Below, piece after piece: positions 38,504 to 52,315 of a stretch of 64,000 nucleotides of DNA. Source of the DNA: Octopus vulgaris (taxonomy: Eukaryota); NCBI GenBank assembly GCA_951406725.2, contig OX597837.1:12834001-12898000 (forward strand). The letters are read 5' to 3'. The translations under genes were made by a program, and so were the position numbers. Each line of letters begins with the position of its first letter. Position 1 is the first letter of the stretch. A model generated the notes under the pieces. The model saw nothing but the letters and a program-made list of their open reading frames with translations, had not been told where the DNA came from and did not search any database.

Positions 38504-39010
38504 ACAGGGTGCAGTGAACAAACTGTCGTCTAAATTATGCAAAAATGAAAATAACACTGACATCTCATTTTAACAGATATATTTACCAAAATTGCATAAA
38601 AATATCTTGAAATACTAAAGAATAAATTTATTCAACAAAATCGCCATTAACTTCAACCACGGCCTCCAGATGACTTCAGAATCTTCTGCAACTCTTCTGG
38701 ACGGTCTCCTTGTTTAAATTGGTGAATGCTGCCATAATCCTTGACTTCAGTTCATCCTTGGTATTACAAGGAGTTTTGTAATAACCAAGGGGGCTGAAGT
38801 GTGGGGAGTTGGGTGGCCAAATGTTAGGGCTGATTTGGTTTCAGAAATTGCCAGACAGCCATGACTGGGTTCTCCTGCTTGTGTGGCATGCTGCAGAGTC
38901 CTGTTGCTAGACATAGGATGTTCTCGCAGCCACCCTCTTGACCCCGAGCAGCACTACATCCTCCAGGCACTTGGTGTAGAGTCTGAGGCCATGAATGGAG
39001 GCATATACAG
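38504..39010 (-). mobile_element. Tc1/mariner-superfamily transposase 3' remnant with one terminus
   Basis: QQDSAACH...WPPNSPHFSPLGY...ELKSRIMAAF...LEAVVEVNGDFVE*; TA-CAGGGTG end at 38504. Confidence 0.8.
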
Positions 39011-39244
39011 TACAGTACTGTTTCTACTTCATGGATTTCTTTCTCTTTTTACTTGTTTCAGTCATTTTGATTGCGGCCATACTGGAGCACCGCCTTTAAT
39101 CGAGCAACTCGACCCTGGGACTTATTCTTTGTAAGCCCAGTACTTATTCTATCGGTCTCTTTTGCTGAACCACTAAGTGACGGGGACATAAATACACCAG
39201 CATTGGTTGTCAAGCAATGCTAGGGGGACAAACACAGACACACA

Positions 39245-39285
<41 letters not shown>

Positions 39286-40173
39286 GACGGGCTTCTTTCA
39301 GTTTCCGTCTACCAAATCCACTCACAAGGCTTTGGTCGGCCCGAGGCTATAGTAAAAGACACTTGCCCAAGGTGCTACGCAGTGGGACTGAACCTGGAAC
39401 CATGTGGCTGGTAAACAAGCTACTTACCACACAACCACTCTTGCGCCTATGTTCACATTTCGCGGGGTTTTTTGGAAGTAACCCCCATGATAGTTGAGGG
39501 ATTACTGTAAACAAACCAACACCAGTTGTTAAGCAGTGATGGAGGACAAAAACAAACACACACACACATATACACAACAATCTTCTTTTAGTTTCCATCT
39601 ACCAAGTTCACACACAAGGCTTTGGTTAGCCCAAGGTTATAGTAGAAGATACTTGTCCAAGGTGCCACATGGTGGGACTGAACTGGGAACCGTGTGGTTC
39701 AGAATCAAACTTCTTACCGCACAGCCATGCTCATACTTTAAGCAACAAAAATGAAAAAAAAAAATCAAAACAGTAAGAAAAGGGTCCAAATAGAACTGGA
39801 ATACAAGAGGAGAAGAACAGAAAGGGTCTGGAGGGGGAAACAAGGGTTAAATAAGGGGAAAAAAAAAGAAAATATTAAACGATATCAAAACAGAAAAATA
39901 TATAAATAAAGAATAAAAGTGGGCTAAATTTCCGGATGTGGCAAACCAGCAGAATCAGTGGCAGAACAACAAAATACTTTGCAACATTTCTTCCAGCTCT
40001 TTATGGTCTGGGTTCAAATCTCAATGAGATCATTTTTGCCTTTCATCTCTTGGGGTTGGTAAAATAAAGTACCAGCCAAATACAACTGATTTGTTCACCA
40101 CCATCATCATCATCTTCATCATTTAAAGCTTGTTTTCCATGAAGGCATGGGTGGGATGGTATAACAGGAGTCA

Positions 40174-40400
40174 AGGCGGCGAGCTGGCAGAAACGTTAGC
40201 ACGCCGGGCGAAATGCTTAGCGGTATTTCGTCTGTCGTTACGTTGTGAGTTCAAATTCCGCCGAGGTCGACTTTGCCTTTCATCCTTTTGGGGTCGATAA
40301 ATTAAGTACCAGTTACGCACTGGGGTCAATGTAATCGACTTAATACCTATGTTTGTCCCCTCTGTGTTTAGCCCCTTGTGGGTAGTAAAGAAATAGGTAT
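40174..40400 (+). mobile_element. Abundant tRNA-derived SINE (family A)
   Basis: 'ggcgagctggcagaaacgttagc...gagttcaaattcc...gcctttcatcctttcggggtcgataaa'. Copies ~1-200, 13630-13780, 15830-16040, 20070-20277, 23347-23750, 56730-56956, 63340-63733. Confidence 0.85.
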
Positions 40401-40859
40401 AACAGGAGTTGGAACGGTTGGGTGCCACACCTGGTTCCATAGGCTGTTTTGGTCTGGTTTCTACAGCTGGATGTGCTCCCTAATGCTGGGCCTGCTCTCA
40501 AAACTGCTGGACTAGAACCCTGAAAAAGTGTTGGTGACTCTTTCAGGGGAGTGTTGTGATCGGTCACTTATATGCCAACAAAACACAGTAACCATTTTTA
40601 TGAGTCCCAGGTCCCAAGAAAAGAAAAGGAATTTCCTGCTGGTAAAAGTTTACAAAAAAAGGAGAGAAAAACCCCGGAATAACAAAAATTTATAATGTCA
40701 TTGAAAACAGCAAGAAAAGTTCTCAAGGAGTTGAAGAATTCAAGTCCTAGAGAGAAGGTTAAAGAGAAAAAGAGGTGAGTGAAGGAAGACAAAATAGGAG
40801 CAAATTTTTTTATTCAAATTCAGTGTTTTTTTAAAAAACTTTACATATTATAATTCATA

Positions 40860-40890
<31 letters not shown>

Positions 40891-40970
40891 CGATTTATAT
40901 ATATATATATGTAAATATATGTATATATATATCTATATATACGTGTATATCTATATATATATATACATTT

Positions 40971-41005
<35 letters not shown>

Positions 41006-44000
41006 TATATATGCATGCATATATATATACATATACATATAAATGTATTTATATATATATAGATATACACGTATATATATAGATATACACGTATATATAT
41101 ATATATATATATATTTACATATATGTATATATATACATACATATATGTATATATACATTTATATATATATGTATGTATATACATATATATATATATACAT
41201 TTAGGATTATGTATATATACATATATACATATATGTATACAAATATACATATACAAATTATATATATACACATTCATATATACACACACACATATATATA
41301 TATACATATACACATACGTGTATATATATAAACAAATACATATATTTACACACACATACATGTATACATGTGCATATATATATGCACACACACATATATT
41401 CACACACATATATATATTCACACACACACATATATACACACACACACACACAGATATAGACATGTATATGTTCATTGTGTGTGGGTGATAGCTCATGCAT
41501 TGCTACTCTGAGATGTATATATATGTGTGTATATATATATATACATATATATATGTGTGTGTATACGTATATATATATATATGTGTATACGTATATATAT
41601 ACATATGAATGTATATATATGTGTATATATCTGAAGAGACCTATTGAACAGACAAAAGTGTTAATAAACAATTATCCAAAATTCTGACTGCCTCCTTTTT
41701 TTTTAATAAATATGTGTGTATATATATTTATATGTATATATATGTGTGTGTATAAACATATACATGTAAACATACACACACATTGATATATGTAAATATA
41801 TATCTATAAAGTAGCTATACTGAAACCATTTGCTGTGAATGCTAGGGAAGGGGAAAAGGCAGTGCGTTTGTTAATAAAGTTCTGTAAATTTACAGAACAT
41901 GTCAACCCCCGAAAAACCTGCATATTCTGCTACGTATTAAATTTTGATTTTTTATCTTCTTTCTTTTTCACATTCCCCAGTCATTATCTATTATTCTGCA
42001 GCCATCAAGTGCTACTGGAATCTTAGCAAGAATTTGGTTTAACAGTCTGTGTGGCACCACTTTGCAGCAGTTACAGGTATTTTGTTTCTTTTTCTTTTCG
42101 TCTGAGTGGACGAGATCCATGTGAAATGAAATGCCTTGCCCAAAGGCACAATGCACTGCCTAGTGCAGAAATTGAACCCACGACTATGATTAGGGGTCCA
42201 ACCAACTGAAGGGCGATGCCATGGGCTTTCACAGCAGTATGGTAAGTTAATAGTAAAAAACAGATGCTATTGTTGTATATGAAATTTAATCAATAAATCC
42301 GCAGCAGTTTCGTTAGATTATCTATTAATTCCACCCAGGGTCGAGTGGAATGGTGTAGCATGGATTAAGGGAACGACAGCAGGAATGGAGAAATTCCTTC
42401 AGTAAATTTTTAACATGTTTAACAATTACACCGCAAAAGGTTTGTGTTCCAGTGAGGTTTCATACAAGAGAATGGGCAAATTTCTTGGTGCTCCTGGAGT
42501 ATTTCATACAAAGTAATGGTAAAAAGATGTGTTCAAGTGTTTAACAAACAATAATGGCAAAAAGTTCCAGCTCTTGTGTTCTTGCAGTGTTTAATACAAG
42601 ATAATGATTAAAAGGTCTGTGGTTCTTGTTTTTGGTACAAGAAAATGTTGCTGTTATGGTTACTACTATTATTTTTATTGTTGTTCTAAGGAACTTCAGT
42701 CATTACACTGCAAATGCTTCTGAATTCTTGTGTTTGTTGTTGCAACGGAATGGTAAAAACGAAAGAAAATAAAGAAGTTATTGTGTTGTATTCTTGTAAC
42801 ATTTTGTTGAAGACAATGGTAAAAAGTTCTAGTTGAAGTTTTTTTTGTTCTTGTCACACACGAAAATAGTAAAAGGTGACTGTGTTCTGGCAATGTTTAG
42901 CACAAGAGAATGGTAAATGGTCTTTGTTCTTGGTTTTGGTATATGAAAACATTGCCCGTATAGTTACTACTAGTTATTTCATAGAGTTGAAACCATTTCA
43001 CTGCAAATGCTTGTGTGTTCTTGTGTTTGTTATTGCAATAGAAGTATGTGTGTTATTGTAGCACTTAGTAGAAGATAATGGTAAAGGCTGCAAGTCATGT
43101 ATTTATGTAGTGTCTAATTCAAGATACTGGTAAAAGATGCATGTGTTTTTATATTCGGAACAAGAAAATGTTACCATTCTCTTTATTATTGTTTCAGGCA
43201 GTTTCAGTCGTTCCTCTGCAAACACTTGGGTGGTCTTGCAGTGTTCCGCAGAAAATAATGGCAAAAAGTTCTGGTTCTTGTATTCTTGTTATATTTAATA
43301 CAAGATAATGGTTGAAAGGTCTGCATATTCTTGCTGTATTTGGTACAAAGAAATGTTGCTACTGAAGTTACTTTTAATTTTATGGTTATTCCAAGGAATT
43401 CAAGTCATTACACAGCAAACCTTTAGGTGTTCTTGTTTGTCGTCGCAACAGAACGGCTTTAAAACAAACAAAACGAAACAAAACAAAACAGAAAAAAGGA
43501 AAGAAAACAAAATAGTTTTTATTGTTGTATGAAAAATTTAATGTTTTTTTTTTTCTTTTTGGTTCTACTTTAAAGCAGATTCATCAAAACAATTTGGAGT
43601 GAGTTATGTCACTGAATAAAACTCTAAACTTGTAAATCTGTTGAACCCACGTTACAACTTGATAGGTTCTTGTACGGGTTGCTCCCGTGCTGGTTGATTG
43701 TTTGGTACAGCAGACTGGTAGAAATAATGATCAATAAATTCATTTGGTTCTAGATAAGATTTCATCATGGAATGTCAAAAATAATCAACAATAATCAGTC
43801 TATCTACTAACCATGAAACAACACATAACTAACAAAACCACCTTCAGACTTGCTACACTGCTAGGCCTCCATAGTATTTGATTATCTCTCAGCAAACATG
43901 CTACAATCATTAGTTCACAGATGTGAAGCTCCCCTCCACTGTATCATCTGCCACTACTCACAACAGCTTCTGTTTTTGTCAAGTAGCTATTTGCATAGCT

Positions 44001-45445
44001 TTCTGCTCAGCCTTATCCGACTCCGTCTCCTATCACCCTCACTAAGTTTTCCCTGCCAGACCTAGCACAAAACATTTTGTCCAGTCCATTCTCTTCCGAA
44101 CACCAACTGTCTGTAATTCCTCTTACAATTACACATTTTTTCTTCTGCAAATATTGACCTTCAAATGTTCAAGCTGAGCATCAATGGCAGTAGTCTCACC
44201 GGTTCCAGAGAGCCTGCAAAAGTCATGGAAACTGCTCCTACTCTCCTGACTAACTTTTTAAATATTCAATCTATAACATTTAGATCAATACACCGATACA
44301 CCGAAGTATAAGAAGATACAGCAAGTGATGTCATGAAGAAATCTTATCCAGAACCAATCAGATCTCAAAAGAGATTTGTGAAAATGATAATGAATCTTTG
44401 GTTAAAAATAATATCAATAATAATAATAATAATAATTATAACAATAATAATAATAAAATCCCAGACTAATAAAGATGGTAATGTTCAAGAGGGCAAATAA
44501 AATAAATTCAAAGAAGCTCAGACTCTGGAAAAAAAAAAGTGATGCTCAATACAATAATACTATAAATGTTTCTGACAAACATAACTGCTTGCAAAGAAGG
44601 GTTCATCAGGCACGAGAAATGAATGAGGCCAAGGTGGGACTTCAATAAGGGAGTTTACAAAACCAAAAAAATAAGAAGTAAAAATGTGGTCAGCACAGTA
44701 AAAGCAGACCAGACAAGGTAAAAAAAGACTTAGCTGGTAGCTCTGAGAGTCAAAAGACTTGTATGTCTAAAGTAAGACTGACATATCAAGTCTGAAAGAA
44801 GAAAGACCTAAAAGCAAGTAGGATTTACTTGTGAATAAGATTGTTAATTATAAAGGAGAGCATCAAAGCTAAAAGCTAAACCTAATACAAAAACCTCAAC
44901 TCAATTGGAATCTACGTCCAAACCAAGAGGTTACTTTGTGATTAAAGATGAAATATGTGAAACCAGCAGAAGTGATTTCTCTACTTTCAACTGTCTACAG
45001 TAAACTGTTTTCTGGCCTATCTAGCATTTTGACTAAAACCAAAGGTAACTTTAAAGCCAAAGAGAATTATATTCTTCAAAGAGCAGCAGTGTGTCCTTAA
45101 AATCCATTACCAGCAGTACCTCAACTCTCAAGCGTTTTGGTAATCTATCAGGAATAATAAAAGAGAAGTAATAAAAAATGTGAGATTGTGGAACAGAACC
45201 TCTTGAATCAAAGACATCAGAATGGTCTGGTTGGGTTTTTAAGTTTTAAGGCTTCCGTAGCTCCTTGGTCTATACCAAAGAGCTTGACTATCAAAAATGT
45301 GGATTTATCATGGACAGGTGACAAAAAAACTTATGCAGCAGATCCCTTCACAGTGCAAAGTAGACGTGAAAAAGAAAACCTTGTTTGTCAAACGTGAAGT
45401 TGTATCACTCTCTCTACAAAGAAAACTGCATACAAACACAGACAT

Positions 45446-45520
<75 letters not shown>

Positions 45521-46353
45521 GTATATATATGTATATACATATATGTATATATATATATGTATATATATGTATATATATGTATATCTGTATATATATATAT
45601 ATATGTATATACTTATATTTATGTATATATTTATATTTATATATATATATATATATAATGTATGTATGTATATTAATACTCACAGATACATACTTAAACA
45701 CACATGTGTGCATTAAAAATAACTTTGAAGTAAAAAAGGGGACCCAAGGAAAATAAAATAAAATAAAAACAAACTTCTATAATAACAAGGGCCAACAATG
45801 CTTGGTGTGACTAGAACGGTAGTAAAAAGTGAAAAAAGGGGGTGGAAAAACATCAGAATGTGTGTGTGTGTGAGTGTATCATGTGAGTATGTAATGAGAG
45901 AGAGAGAGGGAAGGAGGGAAAAGGATGGGATGGGGTGGTATTTATTCACTAATAAAACCAACAAAAATAATAATGAAAATTTTTTTATAAATCAAAGAAA
46001 ACGGTGTGTTTGGGGGGGAGGGGTTCTTTAGGTGGCTTGTGTCTATTGGCTAGGACAAGGACATGTGACTTCTGCCAGTGGTATGATAAAAAAAAATGTA
46101 AAACAACAACAAATATAAGAAAACTGGCTGCTTTACAGAGCCCTGGGTAAGTTTGCAACAGAATATGTGTGTACGGCAATCCAACAGCAGGGTGAGGAGG
46201 TGATGGGGGGGACAGAAGTGATTGTCCCCTCCTCCTGGCCCCCACCATCACTGTAGTGGTAGTAGTTGTTGTTGTTGTTGTTGTTGTGATTGCCCAGACT
46301 TCACTCCAGAGAATTCTAAAATAGCCATACGTCAATCAACCAAGTCCCCACTT

Positions 46354-46437
46354 CTAGCCGGCTGGTTTCAGGTTTCGCAACATGTTGTTGGCCCTCACTG
46401 TTAAACGGTTTTCAAAATGATAGTCTTTGTACTTCTC
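46354..46437 (-). CDS. TTC39C: TTC39C terminal exon (EKYKDYHFENRLTVRANNMLRNLKPAG*)
   Basis: Y.FENRL..R C-terminal motif of the TTC39 family; TAG stop. Confidence 0.9.
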   Translation of the reverse strand, partial: EKYKDYHFENRLTVRANNMLRNLKPAG

Positions 46438-46608
46438 CTATAAAAGATGGAGAAAGAAAAGCAATTAGGTAATGATACACAAACCAACAGATAGCAGGGA
46501 AAAACACATCAATAAACATAACAAAAAACAATATATATATATAGCAATAATAAATCTCTGAACGAGATGTAAACAGTAACTGCTCGACAACGTAAAGTAT
46601 ACTAGCTA

Positions 46609-46864
46609 TCTCAATATGGCTAACCACTAAGGGTGGGTGTTACTGTAGCTTTTAGCCCCAGGAGATCATCGTCTCCAGCTGGCTTTAGGCACACTTTCTG
46701 TGCCCTTATGGTATTTGGAAAGGGAGGTCATCCCTTTCTCGTAAACCTCCCTTTGCAAATACCAATAGGGCACAGAAAGTGTGCCTAAAGCCAGCTGGAG
46801 ACGATGATCTCCTGGGGCTAAAAGCTACAGTAACACCCACCCTTAGTGGTTAGCCATATTGAGA
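46609..46864. repeat. Inverted repeat (~120 bp arms) in the last TTC39C intron
   Basis: TCTCAATATGGCTAACC ... GGTTAGCCATATTGAGA; similar to 12850-13043. Confidence 0.9.
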
Positions 46865-46930
46865 ACATATATATATATATATATAGACACACAAACACAC
46901 ACACACACACACACACACATACATATATAT

Positions 46931-47255
46931 ATTGGGTCATCCCATAAATAATATGGGTTTTTCAAATGCATGAAAAGTCGGAGGGGGATGGGATGAACTA
47001 CTTGCATCAACTTGCTATAAAAGCAGGTAGTAGTTTTACCATGTCCTTATTCTTAGTGCAAGTTTTGAAGAGTGCAATTCGATTTTAACAGCTATTTTTT
47101 TCAAAATTACAATGGAAGTGACAAAGGAGCATATCCGGCATATTTTGTTTAATGAGTTCAATAAAAGCAACAACAGAATGGAAATTGCAAGGAATATTAA
47201 TGCAGTCTATGGGGATCGGACAATAAGCGTAAGCCAGTGCCAACAGTGGTTCCAG

Positions 47256-47258
<3 letters not shown>
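46931..47258 (+). mobile_element. mariner transposon 5' remnant
   Basis: TA-TTGGGTCATCCC end; MEVTKEHIRHILFNEF...ARNINAVYG...QWFQK helix-turn-helix region. Confidence 0.82.
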
Positions 47259-47289
<31 letters not shown>

Positions 47290-47714
47290 TTTCTCTCTTT
47301 TACTTGTTTCAGTCATTTGACTGCGACCATGCTGGAGCACTGCCTTTTAGTCGAGCAAATCGACCCCGGGACTTATTCTTTGTAAGCCCAGTACTTATTC
47401 TATCGGTCTCTTTTGCCAAACCGCTAAGTGATGGGGACGTAAACACACCAGCATCGGTTGTCAAGCAATGCTAGGGGGACAAACACAGACACACAAACAC
47501 ACACACACACATACATATGTATATATATATATATATATATATACATATATACGACAGGCTTCTTTCAGTTTCCGTCTACCAAATCCACTTACAAGGCATT
47601 GGTCGGCCCGGGGCTATAGCAGAAGACACTTGCCCAAGATGCCACGCAGTGGGACTGAACCCGGAACCATGTGGTTGGTTAGCAAGCTACTTACCACACA
47701 GCCACTCCTGTGCC

Positions 47715-47765
<51 letters not shown>

Positions 47766-47776
<11 letters not shown>

Positions 47777-48053
47777 GGCTTAGTAAAATAAATTACTTTG
47801 CCACATACTGAACTCATTAGAAATAGTAGCTAAAAAACTTTTTTAAAACTATTTCTAATACTTAAAGAACCTTTGCATTTGATTTTTTAATGTCTTTACC
47901 CCCATACTTTCGTGAGTTGAATTGAGCAAACACTATATGAGAGAGATTTTCTTTAAGTATTAGAAATAGTTTTAAAAAAGTTTTTTTTAGCTGCTATTTC
48001 TAATGAGTTCAGTATGTGGCAAAGTAATTTATTTTACTAAGCCCTTTTATATA
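47766..48053. repeat. Inverted repeat (~100 bp arms) next to (AT)n
   Basis: TAAAAGGGCTTAGTAAAATAAATTAC ... GTAATTTATTTTACTAAGCCCTTTTA. Confidence 0.9.
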
Positions 48054-48615
48054 ATGTAATAATTTGAATTCGCCTTAAATGGTCCCTTTACATACTGAAC
48101 ACTTGGTGAAATTGATTAATAATTAATTAATTAATTTTACCCTCAATTGTTGAAATTATATATATATATATATATATATATCCCAACATGTCTTTAAAAA
48201 GTGAATACACTATGTTTTACAAAGACTGGAATAACACTGCTGCTATGGCACCAAACTGATCACAAGGGTTCACCCAAAATAAAACACCGTCCAGGGAGCA
48301 AAACAGCAAAAGCAATAGTCATCATTGTATCATTTTACACACATCCCAATTCTTCTTCTGACAAAGACACTACTGTATCTTCCGGCACACAAGTTGAATC
48401 TTTCAGACCAAGGTTTCCAACCAAAAAAAGGTTGGTCAACTTCTACACCGAGATAATCTCGGAGAAGGAAAAAGTCACTTGTGAAATGCTGCAGGATTTG
48501 CAAAGATGGCGAAGATGCTTGAATGCTTCCTCTACATGTTCACACTATATGCTACATTCACTTGTATGCTGGAAAATATGATAAGACGCTGACTGCGTAG
48601 AGATGTAAAACATAC

Positions 48616-48651
48616 CTTAATACACTGTAACAACTGTATAGATTTGGCAGG
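48616..48651 (-). CDS. TTC39C: TTC39C 36-nt exon (PAKSIQLLQCIK)
   Basis: TTTCCAG/GTATGT, phase 0; fills the expected gap before the terminal exon. Confidence 0.72.
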
Positions 48652-49847
48652 CTGGAAATAAAAGTAAAAAAAAAAAAACATTTCAAATATTAAGGAGACA
48701 TGAATAACATGGGAACACATGTGGCAAAGAAAAAAATGCTACAACTGAAAATTATACAAAAGGACTGGGGTGAGATAGTATTCGATAATGATAGAAAAAT
48801 AATAATCATCATCATAATCATTGTTTAACGTCTGTTTTCCATGCTGGCATGGGTTGGATGGTTCAGCTGGAGACTGGCAAGCCAGGAGGCTGCACCAGGC
48901 TCCAATCTGACCTGGATCAGATAAAAGGTAAAGACCTCCTTCTTCGGTCATGCATGACCATGGGATTGCACCTAGAAAGTTACCCTCCATGCATACCAGC
49001 CTCCCTTCTCCAGGCCACCGATGTTATCCAATGGAAAGGCAAAGGGGTCAATACAGCTTGGCACCAGGGACATCACAACTCATTTCTGCAGCTGAGTCAA
49101 CTGGACCAACGTGAAATAAAGTGTCTTGCTCAAGAACACAACACACAGCTCAGTCTGGGAATTGAACTCACTACCTCATGACTGTGAGCTCAACGCTCTA
49201 ACCACTGAGCCATGCACCTTCAAGGATCAGAAATTGGACTATAAACAGTGTCATGGACACACTGAACAGTTTCCCAGGAGTCCCATGGGTGTAAGGATCC
49301 AATTCTGATCTATGCACTCTGTGGGTTGGTGTCAATAAATGAAAACTGTAGGGCCAAATATGTTGATTGGCCCAGGGGCCAACAACACCGCTGAGATGGC
49401 ACTGACTACAAATTCATAGGTCTAGGGTTCAAATCAACTGCATGTATTTTGCATTTCTTTCTATATAATTTAGCAATTAAGATTTTGCGATAAATGAGGC
49501 TACGCATTGCAAGCAGCAATTTGTGTCAGAAATACATAAATTGGTGAGGAGCGTAGGGGTAGGGGAGGATGCAAAAAAGGGAGGGAATAGATGGGGTAGG
49601 AGATGAAAGGAGGGGATGGAGACGGGGGAACAAAAAGAGAGATCGGGAGGGAAAGAGAGAGAGAGAGTGAAGCAATTACTTCAACAAACAAACAAGCTAT
49701 GCATCTCATTCATACAAATACTGAGACCCCAACTCAAACAAAAAAGAAGTAAGAAAATGAAAAACATCCAAATCCAAATGTACAAAAAAGAAAGGAAAAA
49801 AGAGAAAGGAAGAGAAAGAAAGAAAAAAGAAAGAGGGGAAGAAAGGG

Positions 49848-49909
<62 letters not shown>

Positions 49910-50150
49910 GGAGGGATAATTAAAGAAAGAAATAAAGAATAAGAAAGACAGAAAAAAAGAAAGAAAGAAAGAAAGAGAGAAAGGAAGAAAGAGAGGAAGA
50001 AAGAAAGAACAAGAAAGAAAGGGAGGGAGAAAGAAAGAAAGAATAAGAAAGACAGAAAGAAAGAAAGAAAGACAAGGAAGGAGTGAAAGCCCCTTTCCTG
50101 GCATCAAAGACGTGATGAGTTAGAATCGGTCGTAGCAATGGCTGTCTTAC

Positions 50151-50252
50151 CTCATCTGTAATATAAATGGAAGCGAGTTCATAGAGGGAAAACGCAGCAA
50201 CATGCACATCATCTTTCTTCCCACTGCACCTAGCCAGTGCTTCCTCCAAATA
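50151..50252 (-). CDS. TTC39C: TTC39C exon (YLEEALARCSGKKDDVHVAAFSLYELASIYITDE)
   Basis: TPR-like YEL motif; CAG/GTAAG, phase 0. Confidence 0.88.
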
Positions 50253-50519
50253 CTGAAACAAACAACACAAAAAAAAAGACATCGTTTTTTACAAGAGTTA
50301 TCAGACATATTTATCGTTGGTCAATTCTTTTGCTTCTTTTCTCTTCTTCCATTCAATTCATTCTATTCATGCGAAACAACAAAGAACATTACATCCTGGC
50401 CATTATTTTCCCAAACCTATTTTCCCTCCAATCAAATCTTCCGTTGCTCTATTTACTACCAACGTGTCACGCTTGGCTGCATTCTTCTCCGCTCACCGTC
50501 TCTTATCTTACTTTGTTTT

Positions 50520-51010
50520 GTGTGTGACGGCCCTGCTCGATCTGTAGAAAAGCCATAGGCAGAACACTCCGTGAGGTGCACCTGGGGTAAGCTTTGGACA
50601 CGTAAGAGGTGCAGCAATGTCAGAGGAAGGTTAACAGGGAAAATGGCTTTTGTGTGTGGAAGATGCACAGGTACAATAAACACCGAAAATGTACAAAAAA
50701 TAGACTCCATCAACTGCCAGTGAGGTAAGCTAGAGGTAGTAGACAGCTTCCGTTACCTAGGTGACCAAGTTCGTAGAAGAGGTGGATGCTCCGAGAGCGT
50801 AGCTGTGAGAATAAGATTAGGCTGGGCAAAGTCCAGGGAGCTCCTACTTCTACTGGCAACAAAAGGCCTCTCCCTCCCTCAGAGTGAAAGGCAGGTTGTA
50901 TGATACCTGTGTGTGAACAGCTATGATACATGACAGTGACACATGAGCTGTGACAGGTGAGGACATGCGTAGGCTTCAAAGAAATGAAGCCAGTATGCTT
51001 TGTTGGATGG
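50520..51010 (+). mobile_element. RTE-clade LINE fragment (RT C-terminal region with Cys-rich insert)
   Basis: PCSICRK...KRCSNVRG...VCGRC...EVVDSFRYLGDQ...RIRLGWAK...KGRLYDTCV. Confidence 0.82.
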
Positions 51011-51693
51011 CTAAGTTATTTAACTAAATTCTTCCTTATTTTCAAAATTAAAACAAAGGCAGTATATTTCAATAGAATTATGGAAATATGAAGGCTAATG
51101 GAGAGAGAGAGAAAGAGAGAGGGAAGAGAGAAATGGAAAATATAATATTCTAATTAGTAAGCTGCAAAATTGTGAATGAATAAAAAAAAAGTTGAAAAGT
51201 AATGTTGAGAGAGAGAGAGAGAGAGAGAGAGAGCAAAATTCTATTCACTAAGCTGCAAAATTATGTGAGAAATGTTGTTGAGAGGTAGGAGAGACAGACA
51301 GACAGAGAGTGGGGCATGGAAAAGCCCAGTATACAATGGTGATAGTAGAACAGAATTTATCAATGGTGATATGAAGTGATTTTGAGACACTTGTAGGTTC
51401 TCTTTATTGTAACAGTTATTAGGAACAAGGACCAGTGTTTACGAAATGGTTAACTGATATAGACCAGCACCCTATCCAAGGTTATGTTAGTAAATGTCTA
51501 AATGACAATTGGACAAGACTGGCTTTTGGGGGTAAGGAAAAAGACTTGCTGACGTGTACTTGACTGATACAATTTATAAGTGGAACAATAAAAATATTCA
51601 AGGCTTTCCTAAAGTCCAATATGTAACAATTATCGTTGTTATCCAAATTCAGATGATGGAAGATTTTGTTTCCTCTGCTGAGAAGAATTCTAA

Positions 51694-52081
51694 TCTCCCT
51701 ATATATATAAAGCTGAAGTTGTCTGTGTATAGCAGGTTTGGTAGCCTTCAATTAACACTATCTCCTCCGAGACCCTGCGGCACAAGTTGACCAAAATTGA
51801 GAGGATGATAGAAGAAGGCTTGCTCTTCCTTCTGCAGAAGAAAAAATTCAAATCGGACCATGTTAACACCAAAAATTATTTACATCAAAAAGGTGCTTTT
51901 TTTTCTATGAAAATCCCTATTTTTTACGACTGCTGTGTCGCCATTTTTCAGTGTATTTCAACCAGAAAAATGTTCACTTAAAGAGAATAACATGCTACAT
52001 AATGCAAATTTTTTTACTTTTCAAAAATTCCAATTCTAAAGGGTCAAAACAAACCCGAGCAATGCCAGGCGATACTGCTAG
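51694..52081 (+). mobile_element. Non-autonomous Helitron-like element
   Basis: 5' TC, 3' hairpin-like CCCGAGCAATGCCAGG then CTAG, inserted between A and T; second copy at 31215-31636 (-), 3' fragment near 59298-59330. Confidence 0.75.
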
Positions 52082-52217
52082 TAAAAGTAAATGACAGGCT
52101 TTATCGTTCATATATGATGATGATGATGATGATATATGATGCTACAGAAAACGAAACTAAGAATTAGCTCTAAGAACACAGGTCGTTGTTGACAGGAAAT
52201 TACCAGTTGCTTCTTAC

Positions 52218-52315
52218 CTGAATGGCAAGTTCTGTATCACCAAGTTCCTTATGGATGGTACCTTCTAAAAGACACTTCAAGTGGAATATCCGAGCATCTG
52301 TTTGACTCTCACAAA
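52218..52315 (-). CDS. TTC39C: TTC39C exon (VCESQTDARIFHLKCLLEGTIHKELGDTELAIQ)
   Basis: LK.LL.G.IHK.LG motif; CAG/GTAAG. Confidence 0.9.

Noticed and set aside
44560-44615. Hammerhead candidate (minus-strand GUGC-CUGAUGA)
   Set aside because: No stem II pairing before the next GAAA.
48545-48568. Alternative TTC39C terminal exon after TTTTCCAG
   Set aside because: It stops after 7 codons with no homology; the exon at 46354-46437 carries the conserved FENRL motif.
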